Source: a virus. Taken from it: DNA of 64,000 nt. The position numbers and the translations under genes were made by a program. The stretch is taken from positions 1 through 64,000 of IMG/VR virus record IMGVR_UViG_3300030419_002557; one strand, given 5' to 3'. A model generated the notes under the pieces. That model was not told the DNA's origin. It saw only the letters and a list, made by a program, of their open reading frames with translations, and made no database searches. Within the stretch, counting starts at the first letter, position 1, and the number at the start of each line of letters is the position of its first letter. Positions 28,505-37,402 of this stretch are shown in pieces.

Positions 28505-28997
28505 TCCAGGGAAGGACGGAGCACTTGTCGCCATTGATGAAGAAGGCGTTGTGCGTGATGTAGTGCTGACCAAGTCTAAGTTCACTGTGCCTATTGGTAA
28601 GGGGTCTAAGCGAGAGTACGACGCAACCGCCATGGGTGACTATCTGACCAAGCTACACGCCACTCAAGGGGTGAAGCTCGTCGCAATTGAAAAGCAGCAG
28701 GCTCGCCCTGGACAGGGGAGGACATCGATGTTTTCAATCGGGGTAGGCTATGGGCTTTGGCTTGGCGTAGTTGGAACTCTTGGTATTCCTTTCTCAGTCG
28801 TTCACCCCACTACTTGGCAAAGAGATGTTCTTCGAGATGTCCCTGGTGTTGGGAAGGGCCGGGCGATTTTGCTTTGCAAGCAACGGCTGCCGGACTTAGA
28901 GCTTGCACCTGGCCGGAGGCAAAAATCTCACGACGGGATTGCTGATGCAGCCTGTCTTGCAATGTGGGGGTTCAAGTCGATGATTGGAAAGATGTAA
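28485..28997 (+). CDS. RuvC-like Holliday junction resolvase
   Basis: FVGIDPGKDGAL, VAIEKQ, SMFSIGVGYG, VHPTTWQ, HDGIADAACLA. Confidence 0.88.
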   Translation: MLFVGIDPGKDGALVAIDEEGVVRDVVLTKSKFTVPIGKGSKREYDATAMGDYLTKLHATQGVKLVAIEKQQARPGQGRTSMFSIGVGYGLWLGVVGTLGIPFSVVHPTTWQRDVLRDVPGVGKGRAILLCKQRLPDLELAPGRRQKSHDGIADAACLAMWGFKSMIGKM

Positions 28998-29013
28998 TGA
29001 TTTGTCAGTGTCG

Positions 29014-29041
29014 TTGACACGAAAACAGTTTTCGCTATGGA
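29014..29041 (+). promoter_or_regulatory. Putative sigma70-type promoter for the replication genes
   Basis: TTGACA-N16-TATGGA. Confidence 0.4.
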
Positions 29042-29069
29042 TTAGAGACAGAGAAGGACCGATGGAAAG

Positions 29070-30011
29070 ATGAGCGACGAGGCAGGACCGACAGGCGTAT
29101 TGATTGATGTAGATGAGTGGAAAGCTGTTCGAGACGCCATGGAGGGACCTTGGCCTACACGCTTAGCTGAAATCGACTTAGCGTTTATTGAGCTTGAAAC
29201 AGGGGCCGTACCGCCACGTCGAAAGCTTATGAAGAGGTGGGGCATTACCGAAAGAAAAGCCCGCACCATCGTGCAGCGACATAAGGCAAAGCGTCCCAAG
29301 CTCACTACTGAACCGTCCCAAAAACACACCGTTGAGGACACCCAAGTTATTGGAATCACTACTGTGGACGAGTCAACACCGTCCCAAGTTAATGTGGTTA
29401 GCGTCCCAAAACCAAAAGACATATTTGCTGATAAGATACAGCTTGTGTTCAAAGCATGGGAGGTGGCTCAGTTTCAGAGAACGCGCCGCCGCAACAAGCT
29501 TACTGCTGGAAGAAAGAAGATAATCAAGTCAGCGCTGACAGCCGGGCACACTGTGGAAGATCTTGTGCTTGTGGTGCGTATGGCCTTTGAGTACCCAGAG
29601 GGAGACTACCTCGTCGATAGCTGGAGAAGTGGTGGGTACATGGACATTGCCAACCTGCTCAACCGGGACAAGGTCGATAGGAACGTGACCCTGGCTATGG
29701 AGCGATGGGATGGAAATGAATGGGTGTTCAGTGGAAAGAAGCAGCACAGCTTTGAACCCAAGTATCACAAGCTTTGGGAAAACATTGTGTTCTTGGTGGG
29801 TGCGTACCCTGACAAGCCAGACACTCTTCATCGAATCCAAAGCGTGAATGAAGCGATGCACAAAGCGCTCGATGTGGTTGGCGGCTGGCGATACCTTGGC
29901 TCGCTCCGCCCTGGCAAGCAGCAAGAGCAAATCAAAAACGACTTTCTTTCTGAGGTTCGTTCTGAACTTCAACAACAACGACCGACGCTACAAAGAGGCA
30001 ACCACAAATGA
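29070..30011 (+). CDS. Putative phage replication initiator
   Basis: N-terminal HTH-like RRKLMKRWGITERKARTIV, central iteron region, LTAGRKKII..YMDIANLL-type C-domain; directly upstream of dnaB. Confidence 0.7.
   Translation: MSDEAGPTGVLIDVDEWKAVRDAMEGPWPTRLAEIDLAFIELETGAVPPRRKLMKRWGITERKARTIVQRHKAKRPKLTTEPSQKHTVEDTQVIGITTVDESTPSQVNVVSVPKPKDIFADKIQLVFKAWEVAQFQRTRRRNKLTAGRKKIIKSALTAGHTVEDLVLVVRMAFEYPEGDYLVDSWRSGGYMDIANLLNRDKVDRNVTLAMERWDGNEWVFSGKKQHSFEPKYHKLWENIVFLVGAYPDKPDTLHRIQSVNEAMHKALDVVGGWRYLGSLRPGKQQEQIKNDFLSEVRSELQQQRPTLQRGNHK
29291..29410 (+). repeat. Iteron-like repeats CGTCCCAA inside the initiator gene
   Basis: GTCCCAA at 29293, 29315, 29381, 29403 (two pairs, each 22 bp apart). 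Confidence 0.75.
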
Positions 30012-31402
30012 AGCCATTCCCTAAGAGTATACCAAGCGAGAGGTTTGTCCTTGGCGCTCTACTATTAGACAACACCTTGATTCATGAGGTCCAAGGCGAG
30101 ATTGAGCCTGAAGATTTCTATAGGTCATCACATAAAGAGATTTACCTTCTGATTCGATCTTGGATTCACAAGGGCAAAAACATTGATGTGATGCTGCTGG
30201 TCGACAACTTGATGACGTTAGACCAAAGCCAAAAGTATGGAGATATTCTTGAGGTGATGTCGCTACCGGAAGCGGTTGGCTCAACCATGCTGACGGAGCA
30301 TCACGCAAAAAACGTGCGTGAGAAAGCGATTCGTCGGCGCATGATCCTTGCTTCAGACAAGCTGAAGCACAACGCAACAGATGGCCAACTGGACATCGAC
30401 GAGCTTATTGAGCAAGGCCAAAGGGACTTGCTTGAGATCGCTGGCAGACAGCGCGGGGACGATTGGTTCGTGGGGCCACAGCTAGTAGAGCGTGCCCAGA
30501 CAAGGTGGGAGAAGCTTGCAGAACTCAAGGCAAACAACTGTGTGACGGCTTTGTCCACCGGCTTGGTGGCGCTCGACAATGTTCTGAGTGGGCTGCACCC
30601 AGGCCTGACGCTGCTAGCTGCACGTCCATCCATGGGGAAAACAGCCATGGCTCTGAACCTGACAGTAGCAGCATTGGAAAAGCAGGTTCCTGTAGCTTTC
30701 TTTTCTCTTGAGATGAGTGCTGACCAACTAACAGATCGTATGGCTTCGTCCTTGGCGAAGGTCAATGCCTGGAACATCAAGACTGGTGACCTCGGATCAA
30801 GAGACTGGGACAAACTGGAAGCGGGTGCGTTGGATTTTTTGCACGACTCACCACTATTTGTTTCCGACAAAGCTGGTGTAAGCATTTCAAAGATTACTGC
30901 TCAGGCACGCAGGCTGAAGTCTAAGGAGCCCAAGCTCGGCTTGATCGTCATTGATTACCTGCAACTCATTCGCCAACCCAAAGCGGAAAGCATGGAGCAG
31001 GGTGTGTCCCAGGTGTCGAGCGCTTTGAAGGTGTTGTCTCGGGACTTGAACGTGCCTGTTCTCTGCTTGGCTCAACTCAACCGTGGTTGCGAGCAGCGCA
31101 CCAACAAGCGCCCAATGTTGTCTGACCTTCGGGGCTCGGGCTCGTTGGAGCAGGACGCTGACGTGGTCATGTTCCTCTACAGGCACCACTACTACGATGA
31201 GCGAGCCGACCCATCAGATGCGGAGATCCTTGTGGCCAAGCACCGCAGTGGGCCGACAGGTACAGTCCATGCAGAATGGAACGCAACCAATCAAAAGTTT
31301 GAGGACAAGACTCGCCATGCTCCAAGGGCGGTTGAGTTCGCACAGGTTAAGAGAATCAGGCGCGACCTCGACGACGAGGATAGCGAGCCAACCTGGCTGT
31401 GA
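30008..31402 (+). CDS. dnaB: Replicative DNA helicase
   Basis: AARPSMGKT, FFSLEMS, IVIDYLQL, AQLNR, SDLRGSGSLEQDADVV, AKHRSGPTG. Confidence 0.95.
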   Translation: MKPFPKSIPSERFVLGALLLDNTLIHEVQGEIEPEDFYRSSHKEIYLLIRSWIHKGKNIDVMLLVDNLMTLDQSQKYGDILEVMSLPEAVGSTMLTEHHAKNVREKAIRRRMILASDKLKHNATDGQLDIDELIEQGQRDLLEIAGRQRGDDWFVGPQLVERAQTRWEKLAELKANNCVTALSTGLVALDNVLSGLHPGLTLLAARPSMGKTAMALNLTVAALEKQVPVAFFSLEMSADQLTDRMASSLAKVNAWNIKTGDLGSRDWDKLEAGALDFLHDSPLFVSDKAGVSISKITAQARRLKSKEPKLGLIVIDYLQLIRQPKAESMEQGVSQVSSALKVLSRDLNVPVLCLAQLNRGCEQRTNKRPMLSDLRGSGSLEQDADVVMFLYRHHYYDERADPSDAEILVAKHRSGPTGTVHAEWNATNQKFEDKTRHAPRAVEFAQVKRIRRDLDDEDSEPTWL

Positions 31403-31478
31403 TGGGGCGTGGTCCAATTGGAAGGACGCCCGACTGTTACTCGGGAAGGTGGTGGTTCGAGTCCACCCGCCCCAGCCA
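31403..31478 (+). tRNA. tRNA-Asn (GTT)
   Basis: Complete cloverleaf: TGGGGCG/CGCCCCA, GTCC/GGAC, CCCGA-CTGTTAC-TCGGG, GGTGG-TTCGAGT-CCACC, G discriminator, encoded CCA. Confidence 0.93.
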
Positions 31479-31483
31479 GACGC

Positions 31484-31518
31484 AAAACGGCCCCGGTGGA
31501 CCGACTCTACCGGGGCCG
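31484..31518 (-). terminator. Intrinsic terminator, probably for the leftward transcript
   Basis: CGGCCCCGGTGGA-CCGAC-TCTACCGGGGCCG, followed by TTTT on the minus strand. Confidence 0.65.
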
Positions 31519-31582
31519 CAAATGTCAAAGTTGGAGGCAACCAACAACTGACCGTGTCAGTCTAACAGACTTTCTCCAGCCA

Positions 31583-31882
31583 TCAACGCTTTTCAACTAA
31601 ATAAGGGTTGGTTTCAAGAGGTTCGTCGGGTCGGCCAGGAATCCAACCTCGACGCATGCCACCGCTTTTAGTCGGCCATCTTCCGTAAACCATTCCTGAT
31701 TCGTTTGCCTTCTTTCTTAGGGCTCTTCTAGGAGAGACAATCTCCATGATGGGAGCACCTGTATTCGTAAAGGCTACGACGGAAAGCCTGTCGCCTATGA
31801 AGATTTCATAAGACGCAACAATGCTCGATAGCTTTGGGTCCTCTCTCCAGTTTGCCCAATACTTAGGCCTGCTCGACCTCAA
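31583..31882 (-). CDS. Hypothetical protein
   Basis: 99-aa ORF overlapping the upstream gene end. Confidence 0.5.
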   Translation of the reverse strand: MRSSRPKYWANWREDPKLSSIVASYEIFIGDRLSVVAFTNTGAPIMEIVSPRRALRKKANESGMVYGRWPTKSGGMRRGWIPGRPDEPLETNPYLVEKR

Positions 31883-32138
31883 AGGTCACCTCCCCATCAG
31901 GCCACAATCCAATGGCGATTGATGGTCCTCCGTTTTGTTTGATGCTTTGTGCCCACTGATGAAGTGCTGGAATAGGTGCAGGCCGCCAACTTTTTCTGTC
32001 AGACGGTAGCAAGTAAGTCCTGATCGTTACGGGGTGGAAGTCTGTCTGTCTGGCAAACTCAGCCATTGACTTGCATTCGGAAAGTCTATAAAACTTTTGA
32101 GCATATGTTTCTTTTGGTTTAGGTGTAGGTCTTGACAT
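31863..32138 (-). CDS. HTH-like protein, paralog of 32406-32789
   Basis: SMAEFARQTDFHPVTIRTYL; ALHQW..LWPDGEV. Confidence 0.55.
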   Translation of the reverse strand: MSRPTPKPKETYAQKFYRLSECKSMAEFARQTDFHPVTIRTYLLPSDRKSWRPAPIPALHQWAQSIKQNGGPSIAIGLWPDGEVTFEVEQA

Positions 32139-32187
32139 GGTTGTGTCTCTTTTTCCTCGGGTAGATGAGGGTTCATCGTTTGAGGTA

Positions 32188-32382
32188 ATGAATGTAGGTG
32201 AACGTGTTTTTGTAGGGAGTCATGTAGCCAAGGTCATTGACCGCGTGTGCCCTCACTGCTATCGGTTTGGACCGCCCTTTCTCCCGCATTTCGAGATTGC
32301 TGGCGGCGACTTCAAGGGCCAACGCTGGTGCCCCAAACATCAGTATTTGACTCCTCGAAGGTTTGCGTGTGTGAATGATTGA
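32188..32382 (+). CDS. Small Cys/His protein
   Basis: GAGGT before ATG; CPHC..CPKH. Confidence 0.4.
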   Translation: MNVGERVFVGSHVAKVIDRVCPHCYRFGPPFLPHFEIAGGDFKGQRWCPKHQYLTPRRFACVND

Positions 32383-32405
32383 TTGCCTCCTTGTGTATGC
32401 GTACA

Positions 32406-32789
32406 CTATACAGTTTCGCTGTTCCCGCCAAGCCTTTGTTTAGCTTTTGCTCCAATGGTTCCGTCCGGCCTGGCCAGTAGCCACATCTCATAAGGAACCC
32501 CTCTCTCTTTCCAAGACGCTGAGATCTCAATGCACCACTTGTGTATGGCATCGAATGACCCTGACCCCTTGTTCAAGCCAGACAGGAGCGCAACAACGCG
32601 CACCATTGTGCTGCTGCAATCTGCTGCAAAGTCTTTGAGCAGGATGCTGTCTCCCATCTCTTGCTGCACCTTGCGCCAGGACAGCCACGCTTGGACTGCG
32701 CCATAATGCCAGGGTGCTGCTGGCACATCCGTTCCGTCAGCGACATTGATCGCTCGGGACTCTGCATTTCTAATAGTGGATCGTCTCAT
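32406..32789 (-). CDS. HTH-like protein, paralog of 31863-32138
   Basis: LLKDFAADCSSTMVRVVALL; AIHKW..ARPDGTI. Confidence 0.5.
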   Translation of the reverse strand: MRRSTIRNAESRAINVADGTDVPAAPWHYGAVQAWLSWRKVQQEMGDSILLKDFAADCSSTMVRVVALLSGLNKGSGSFDAIHKWCIEISASWKERGVPYEMWLLARPDGTIGAKAKQRLGGNSETV

Positions 32790-33321
32790 GGGTCGTCGTC
32801 TCTGGAAGAGTGAACATCAGCATATTGTTAGAGAGATGAAGCTCGATGGCTTCTCTCGTGCGGAGATCACCAGGGCGTTGAGAGAGTTCTGTGGGCTGAC
32901 TCAGAAGTCGGCCATTGGTTGCTACCTCTCCGTTGTTCCCCGGCGTCCATGGCCTATCAAGACTGGTTGGCGTAGGATCTCTGCATCGTTCATTGACCAG
33001 GCTCTTGATTGGGATGACTTCGATGACGAGGTCTTGGAAGACTTGAGGGTCTTGCCAGAGGACACCCGCTCATTGTCAGACATGCTGTACAACCAAGACG
33101 GGCCGCTGTTCCGTGTTCTCTTGTCATCGTCTGACGCTGCCCTTGCCTACCGGGTTTGCCGGAAAAGCAGAAGGCAGAAGTCTGCTGACTTCTCAAACGT
33201 CAGGACGATTGACAGGAGAGACACAAAGAAAGCACGGTCTAAGACCGTCAAGATCCTTGAGAGGTACGCCAAGGCACGCACTCAAGAATCCAGGGGCACT
33301 GCCTGGGCCCGGAATCGTTAG
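32788..33321 (+). CDS. Hypothetical basic protein, possibly DNA-binding
   Basis: GFSRAEITRALREFCGLT helix pattern; start uncertain. Confidence 0.45.
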   Translation: MGRRLWKSEHQHIVREMKLDGFSRAEITRALREFCGLTQKSAIGCYLSVVPRRPWPIKTGWRRISASFIDQALDWDDFDDEVLEDLRVLPEDTRSLSDMLYNQDGPLFRVLLSSSDAALAYRVCRKSRRQKSADFSNVRTIDRRDTKKARSKTVKILERYAKARTQESRGTAWARNR

Positions 33322-33719
33322 TCCGTGAACGTGGGTTTTGGTGGAGCGCAGATGCCTGATTGAATCAGGTTGACCGCTGTTCTTCCAAAGGACCCTTGCA
33401 GTTGCCAAGCCAAGCCGGTGTCGATCAGTTGCTGCCAAGCGCGAATACGCTCCGCATCAGTTCCTTCGACAAAGCCCTCGGCCAGGCCGATGGCGTCGTG
33501 ATTAGATAGTGGTTCCATAGTTGCCTCTGTTGTGAAACCGGGGAGGTCGGTCCCCGTAAGTTTTTTATAGGTTCTGTTCTTCTCTTCTTCTGCAATCAGC
33601 GCGGCCTCTTGTCCTGTAGAACCGTTGGCCTTCGCTTCCTTGAGCGCTCTCATTCCTTCAGCGTGTGCCGCCTCCAATGCGTGGCTATCAATCTGCTGGC
33701 GGTCGAACGTCGGGAACAT
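33318..33719 (-). CDS. Conserved small phage protein (AWQQLIDTGLAWQLQGSFGR family) with an in-frame N-terminal extension; second start at 33518
   Basis: GAGGAGG before ATG 33719; GAGGCAAC before ATG 33518. Confidence 0.6.
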   Translation of the reverse strand: MFPTFDRQQIDSHALEAAHAEGMRALKEAKANGSTGQEAALIAEEEKNRTYKKLTGTDLPGFTTEATMEPLSNHDAIGLAEGFVEGTDAERIRAWQQLIDTGLAWQLQGSFGRTAVNLIQSGICAPPKPTFTD

Positions 33720-33912
33720 CTTTGAGTTCCTCCTCGGTAAAGATGGTTGTACGGATTGCCCAAATAATATCAAGGTTCCGCTGAATGTCTTCATCCAGTC
33801 TACCCTTTCCTCTAAGGAAAGCCACCTGTCTTTGTAGGCCAGTCATTACAGCCAGCCATTGCAAGTTGGTTAGCTCGATGCTGTTCATGTCTTCTAGCTT
33901 GAACCCATTCAT
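33688..33912 (-). CDS. Hypothetical protein
   Basis: ATGA-coupled; RBS GGAGG. Confidence 0.55.
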   Translation of the reverse strand: MNGFKLEDMNSIELTNLQWLAVMTGLQRQVAFLRGKGRLDEDIQRNLDIIWAIRTTIFTEEELKDVPDVRPPAD

Positions 33913-34601
33913 TTGCTGCCTCCTGCGGTCAATAGGTCACAGATGTCGCGAAGGGTTTGACGGATGTCATCTACCGATGCAACGACTGATTCCCTGAACT
34001 CACGAATGCCTGCCATTTCGGTGAGGATCTCGGAGATGTCATCTCGCATATCCTGCACCTCATGGCCAATCTGGGTGTAGTTCTCTGCCAACGGCCCACC
34101 GGGCTTGGTATCGCTTTCCCGCTGCTCCCGTTGTCTTTTGTTGTACCAAGACTTAAGCGCCCCTGCCCCTCGATGGTAATCTGAATCGTGCCACAGAATA
34201 GTGGACACCTCCTCCCAAAACTTCAAGTTCTTTGGGTTGGTCTTCACACCAGGGCCAGGGTTCTTTTCAACTCTGTCTATAGCCCGAAGAATGGCGCGGA
34301 CCTCATCGTTTGTGTAAGCCTTGTTTGGGCTGCTCTTTTTATCTTTCTTTGCCATGATTGCCTCCAATCTTTCGTTGTACATACATTCAACCTCTGACAT
34401 CTTTTGTTTCATGTCGATGCAATCAATCAAGAAGTCTTCACTCGGGTCGGTCTGTCTTTCCTTTTTTTGTTTTCGTCTATGCTTTTGGTAGTGAATTGAG
34501 CACAAGCCCTTCGCTCGGTGCGGCTTATTACAGCCCCTCACGCTGCACGTTAGGTGCCTCATGCTCGGCCTGCCCCGGCCTCGCTTTACTGTCTGCTTCA
34601 T
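33909..34601 (-). CDS. Zn-finger + Myb/RsfA-like + coiled-coil putative regulator
   Basis: CSVRGC..KGLCSIHY; YTNDEVRAIL..FWEEVS..RGAGALKSWY; C-terminal heptads. Confidence 0.55.
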   Translation of the reverse strand: MKQTVKRGRGRPSMRHLTCSVRGCNKPHRAKGLCSIHYQKHRRKQKKERQTDPSEDFLIDCIDMKQKMSEVECMYNERLEAIMAKKDKKSSPNKAYTNDEVRAILRAIDRVEKNPGPGVKTNPKNLKFWEEVSTILWHDSDYHRGAGALKSWYNKRQREQRESDTKPGGPLAENYTQIGHEVQDMRDDISEILTEMAGIREFRESVVASVDDIRQTLRDICDLLTAGGSK

Positions 34602-36082
34602 TTTTTGCCTCCGTTAAACCATTCGGGTAGTCCAGCGTCTGATAGGTGGACAGCAATGGCGGCACCGATACGGGTGCAGCCTTTGGAGAAATCAAGGTCG
34701 TAGTGAGAGTTCGCGTGCTTGTGAGCAAACTCATGGATGATGAGGTCAAGATACTTCTCGAAGCCACGCCGGGTACTGACAGCTTGAGTTGGCCAGCGCT
34801 TGCCAAGTCGACGCTTGTTTAGCAACACTGTACCTCCTCCGTAGCAAGCGCTATAGCCCCGTGGGTCACTGACCCAGTTCACATGGCAAGTGGTGTTATG
34901 CACAAGGGTGTGAAGCTTTTCTGCGTACTCGCTCAAGTTCCTCATGTCTTCTGTCCACTTGTCTCTTGGGATGGTGACATCCTTGCCATCAGCCGCAAAG
35001 TCAACGCCAGCGTCCTTGAACTTGGTTGTGGCACTGGTCACGGGTTTATTGTTGCGAATGGTATCGTGTGCCTTCTTTGACCAACTGCCGCCGTAGACTA
35101 CGGCGTAGCCTTGTGCTGCGGCAGCGGCTGAAGCAGCCGGGTTGGTCGGGTCGTGCATGACTCTCTTCTTCCCGTGCTTCTGATCCAAGACCCTCGAAAC
35201 TGATTCGGCTTCGATAAAGTCCGACTCCATAGCCTCAGCAACCCAAGCCTGTGACGCTTCTTCCTTAGTCAACAAGTCGCGGGTTGCATTGAGAACAAGA
35301 GCGCAGAGCTTCCGACTGTAGGCTGGAGTGACTGAGTCCCTCTCCATGTTCAACGGAACCTTCTGCTTGACGTTGATGTGGTACTTGGTCGGGTTCTCCA
35401 CAACGGGAATCCCAAGCTCGTAGATCATCGGTGTCTCACCGTCGAGGGTCTCGTAGACTTCGATGGTTGTCTTGCGGCTCGTTCGAATGAGGTCGCCCTC
35501 ATCGTTCACGACAACTGTTGGCATCGACTCCTTGAACTCACTGAGTGAATCTCGCGTCACCAGTTCCTCACCATTGACTGTAGTGACAAAGCCACTCGGA
35601 GCGACAAAGGTGTGGACGTGCTCGGTCATCATAGCCAGCACTTCTTTCGAAGCCCTGAACTCAGCGGTGACCTTTGAGCCCTCCTCTGTCTTGCGGCGCA
35701 GTCGTTTACGCCCTCCCTCTTTTGAGAAGGAGTACCCACCAGTGGTTGTGAGGATCTCCACGGACCCGCCAGTCTCGATGCAGTGCGCGATAACCAGCTT
35801 CTCTCCCATGTTGAACCGACCACGAAGGTTAGCGTTGCCCTTCTTGTTTGACTCAGCGAACAAGGTGTACGCATGGCTCAAGTCGAGGAACCCGTCAGGG
35901 TCATCGTCGACGATGGTGATGCGGCCCTTGCCGTGGCCTATTGACTCAATGGTCATAGTCACCTTGGAAACCTGCTGGTCCCAGGCGTTTTGGATTAGCT
36001 CAGTGGGGATCCAGTTGAGCCCGTTGCGGGACGTAAGCTTGCTTAGCCCCTTTGTAGATACTGTTAGAACTGGCGATGCCAT
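34598..36082 (-). CDS. GHKL (HATPase_c) ATPase fused to a C-terminal HExxH zincin domain
   Basis: ELIQNAWD, IVDDDPDGF, RGRFNMGEK, EGSKV; LIIHEFAHKHANSH. Confidence 0.8.
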   Translation of the reverse strand: MASPVLTVSTKGLSKLTSRNGLNWIPTELIQNAWDQQVSKVTMTIESIGHGKGRITIVDDDPDGFLDLSHAYTLFAESNKKGNANLRGRFNMGEKLVIAHCIETGGSVEILTTTGGYSFSKEGGRKRLRRKTEEGSKVTAEFRASKEVLAMMTEHVHTFVAPSGFVTTVNGEELVTRDSLSEFKESMPTVVVNDEGDLIRTSRKTTIEVYETLDGETPMIYELGIPVVENPTKYHINVKQKVPLNMERDSVTPAYSRKLCALVLNATRDLLTKEEASQAWVAEAMESDFIEAESVSRVLDQKHGKKRVMHDPTNPAASAAAAAQGYAVVYGGSWSKKAHDTIRNNKPVTSATTKFKDAGVDFAADGKDVTIPRDKWTEDMRNLSEYAEKLHTLVHNTTCHVNWVSDPRGYSACYGGGTVLLNKRRLGKRWPTQAVSTRRGFEKYLDLIIHEFAHKHANSHYDLDFSKGCTRIGAAIAVHLSDAGLPEWFNGGKK

Positions 36083-36309
36083 TAGTTGCCTCCTTGAATG
36101 TATTTGAAATGATTCTCTTGAACCTTCGCGTATTCGTTAGGTTCATCGTGTAGCCATACCACCCAAAGGTGGAATGGATAGGTCCACTGCCCAAGCAGTG
36201 TCCCTACCTTTCCTTTGTGCTCACCGTATGTGATCTCAACAAAGGGTTTCTTGTCCAGTGAAGTGCAGTGGATGAAGTTGTCAGGGTTGTACTCGTCGAG
36301 TTCCATCAC
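36082..36309 (-). CDS. Small KOW/SH3-like protein
   Basis: VEITYGEHKGKVGTL. Confidence 0.45.
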   Translation of the reverse strand: MMELDEYNPDNFIHCTSLDKKPFVEITYGEHKGKVGTLLGQWTYPFHLWVVWLHDEPNEYAKVQENHFKYIQGGN

Positions 36310-36551
36310 TCTTCCTCCTCCTCTTCTTCCTCAACAGGCCATGTGCCAGCCTCCATTGCCTCTCGGAAGAAATACTGGGCCATGCAGAGTTCGTGGTCGT
36401 CAAGCATGCGAGCGTCTCTTCCCTGGTAGTGGTGCGAAACGTAGTTCAAGAACTCATTCGCCTCGTCGTGGTCATCAAACACTGGGCCGAATGCGGTCCC
36501 AGTGGTTGTGCAAACAAGCACAGCACCTTGCTCTGTTTCAACAGCCATCAC
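36306..36551 (-). CDS. Hypothetical protein
   Basis: Coupled ORF; TGTAFGPVF motif; acidic tail. Confidence 0.55.
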   Translation of the reverse strand: MMAVETEQGAVLVCTTTGTAFGPVFDDHDEANEFLNYVSHHYQGRDARMLDDHELCMAQYFFREAMEAGTWPVEEEEEEEE

Positions 36552-36769
36552 TCCTCCTCACATTCGGTGACGTGTCCACCGCTACAGCTACCACCGTGGT
36601 ATGCCTCGACCAGCAGGGCAGGATGTTCGACATCAAACTCTACCGAGGTCCCGCATTCTTGTTCGCTTGTCATTTCATGGGCAAGCTCGATTGCCTTCTC
36701 TTTCGAGTCGGCCTCGACCTCGACGATGACGAACACAGTGTGCTCCATTTCAACATGATAGGTCGCCAT
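36548..36769 (-). CDS. DpnD/PcfM-like small protein
   Basis: YHVEMEHTVFVIVEVEADSKEKAIELA. Confidence 0.55.
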   Translation of the reverse strand: MATYHVEMEHTVFVIVEVEADSKEKAIELAHEMTSEQECGTSVEFDVEHPALLVEAYHGGSCSGGHVTECEEE

Positions 36770-37326
36770 TATTCACCTCCTTCTTCTTTGCGTGGTTTGA
36801 GCTTACGCTCAGTGGCCTCGGCTGGAGCCTCGGCTGGGGCAGGGAACAGGGCCTCGGCCTCGGCGCGAGTCAACTCACGTTGCTCGATCACCAGCCCTTC
36901 GCTCTGAACCTTGACCACACCCTTGACGTTGATGGGTGGTAGACCTTCCTTCACAATCCTACGGACTGTGGAGAGGGCCTCGTCCAGGCCGTACTGCTCT
37001 TCGAGCAGCTTTGCCGCGTCCTTATCCATGGTGTGAGCTTCCTTGAACAACTTGATAAGCGTCCGAGTAGAAGACTCTTTGGTGTACCCTGCATGCTTGA
37101 GCATGAGGGCCAACACCCTGGTGTAAGGAATGCGTGCTGTACCAGCCCTCGGGCTGGGGTCCTCGGCCACGTCAACCTGTACGGTTCCGTGGACGAGCAC
37201 AGGCACATCGTATGAACCTGCTTCCAGATTGCTACGCGCTGCCTTGAACGTCTTGTCGTTGATAAGTTTACCGATTGCCACGATGAGCAAGTCGGTCATG
37301 TCTTGGGGGGGGATAGATTGTCCCAT
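36769..37326 (-). CDS. Hypothetical protein
   Basis: 185 aa; GAGGCAAC start element. Confidence 0.65.
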   Translation of the reverse strand: MGQSIPPQDMTDLLIVAIGKLINDKTFKAARSNLEAGSYDVPVLVHGTVQVDVAEDPSPRAGTARIPYTRVLALMLKHAGYTKESSTRTLIKLFKEAHTMDKDAAKLLEEQYGLDEALSTVRRIVKEGLPPINVKGVVKVQSEGLVIEQRELTRAEAEALFPAPAEAPAEATERKLKPRKEEGGE

Positions 37327-37376
37327 AGTTATGTTGCCTCCGTGGATACATAGTAACCACGATGTTTATGTTTGAG

Positions 37377-37402
37377 TGTCACGAAATGTCACAGCATGTC
37401 AC
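37377..37402 (-). promoter_or_regulatory. Triple TGTCAC direct repeat (10-bp period), candidate regulator site
   Basis: TGTCAC at 37377, 37387, 37397. Confidence 0.6.

Noticed and set aside
31409-31600. 63-aa ORF after dnaB
   Set aside because: Overlaps the tRNA-Asn and the terminator hairpin
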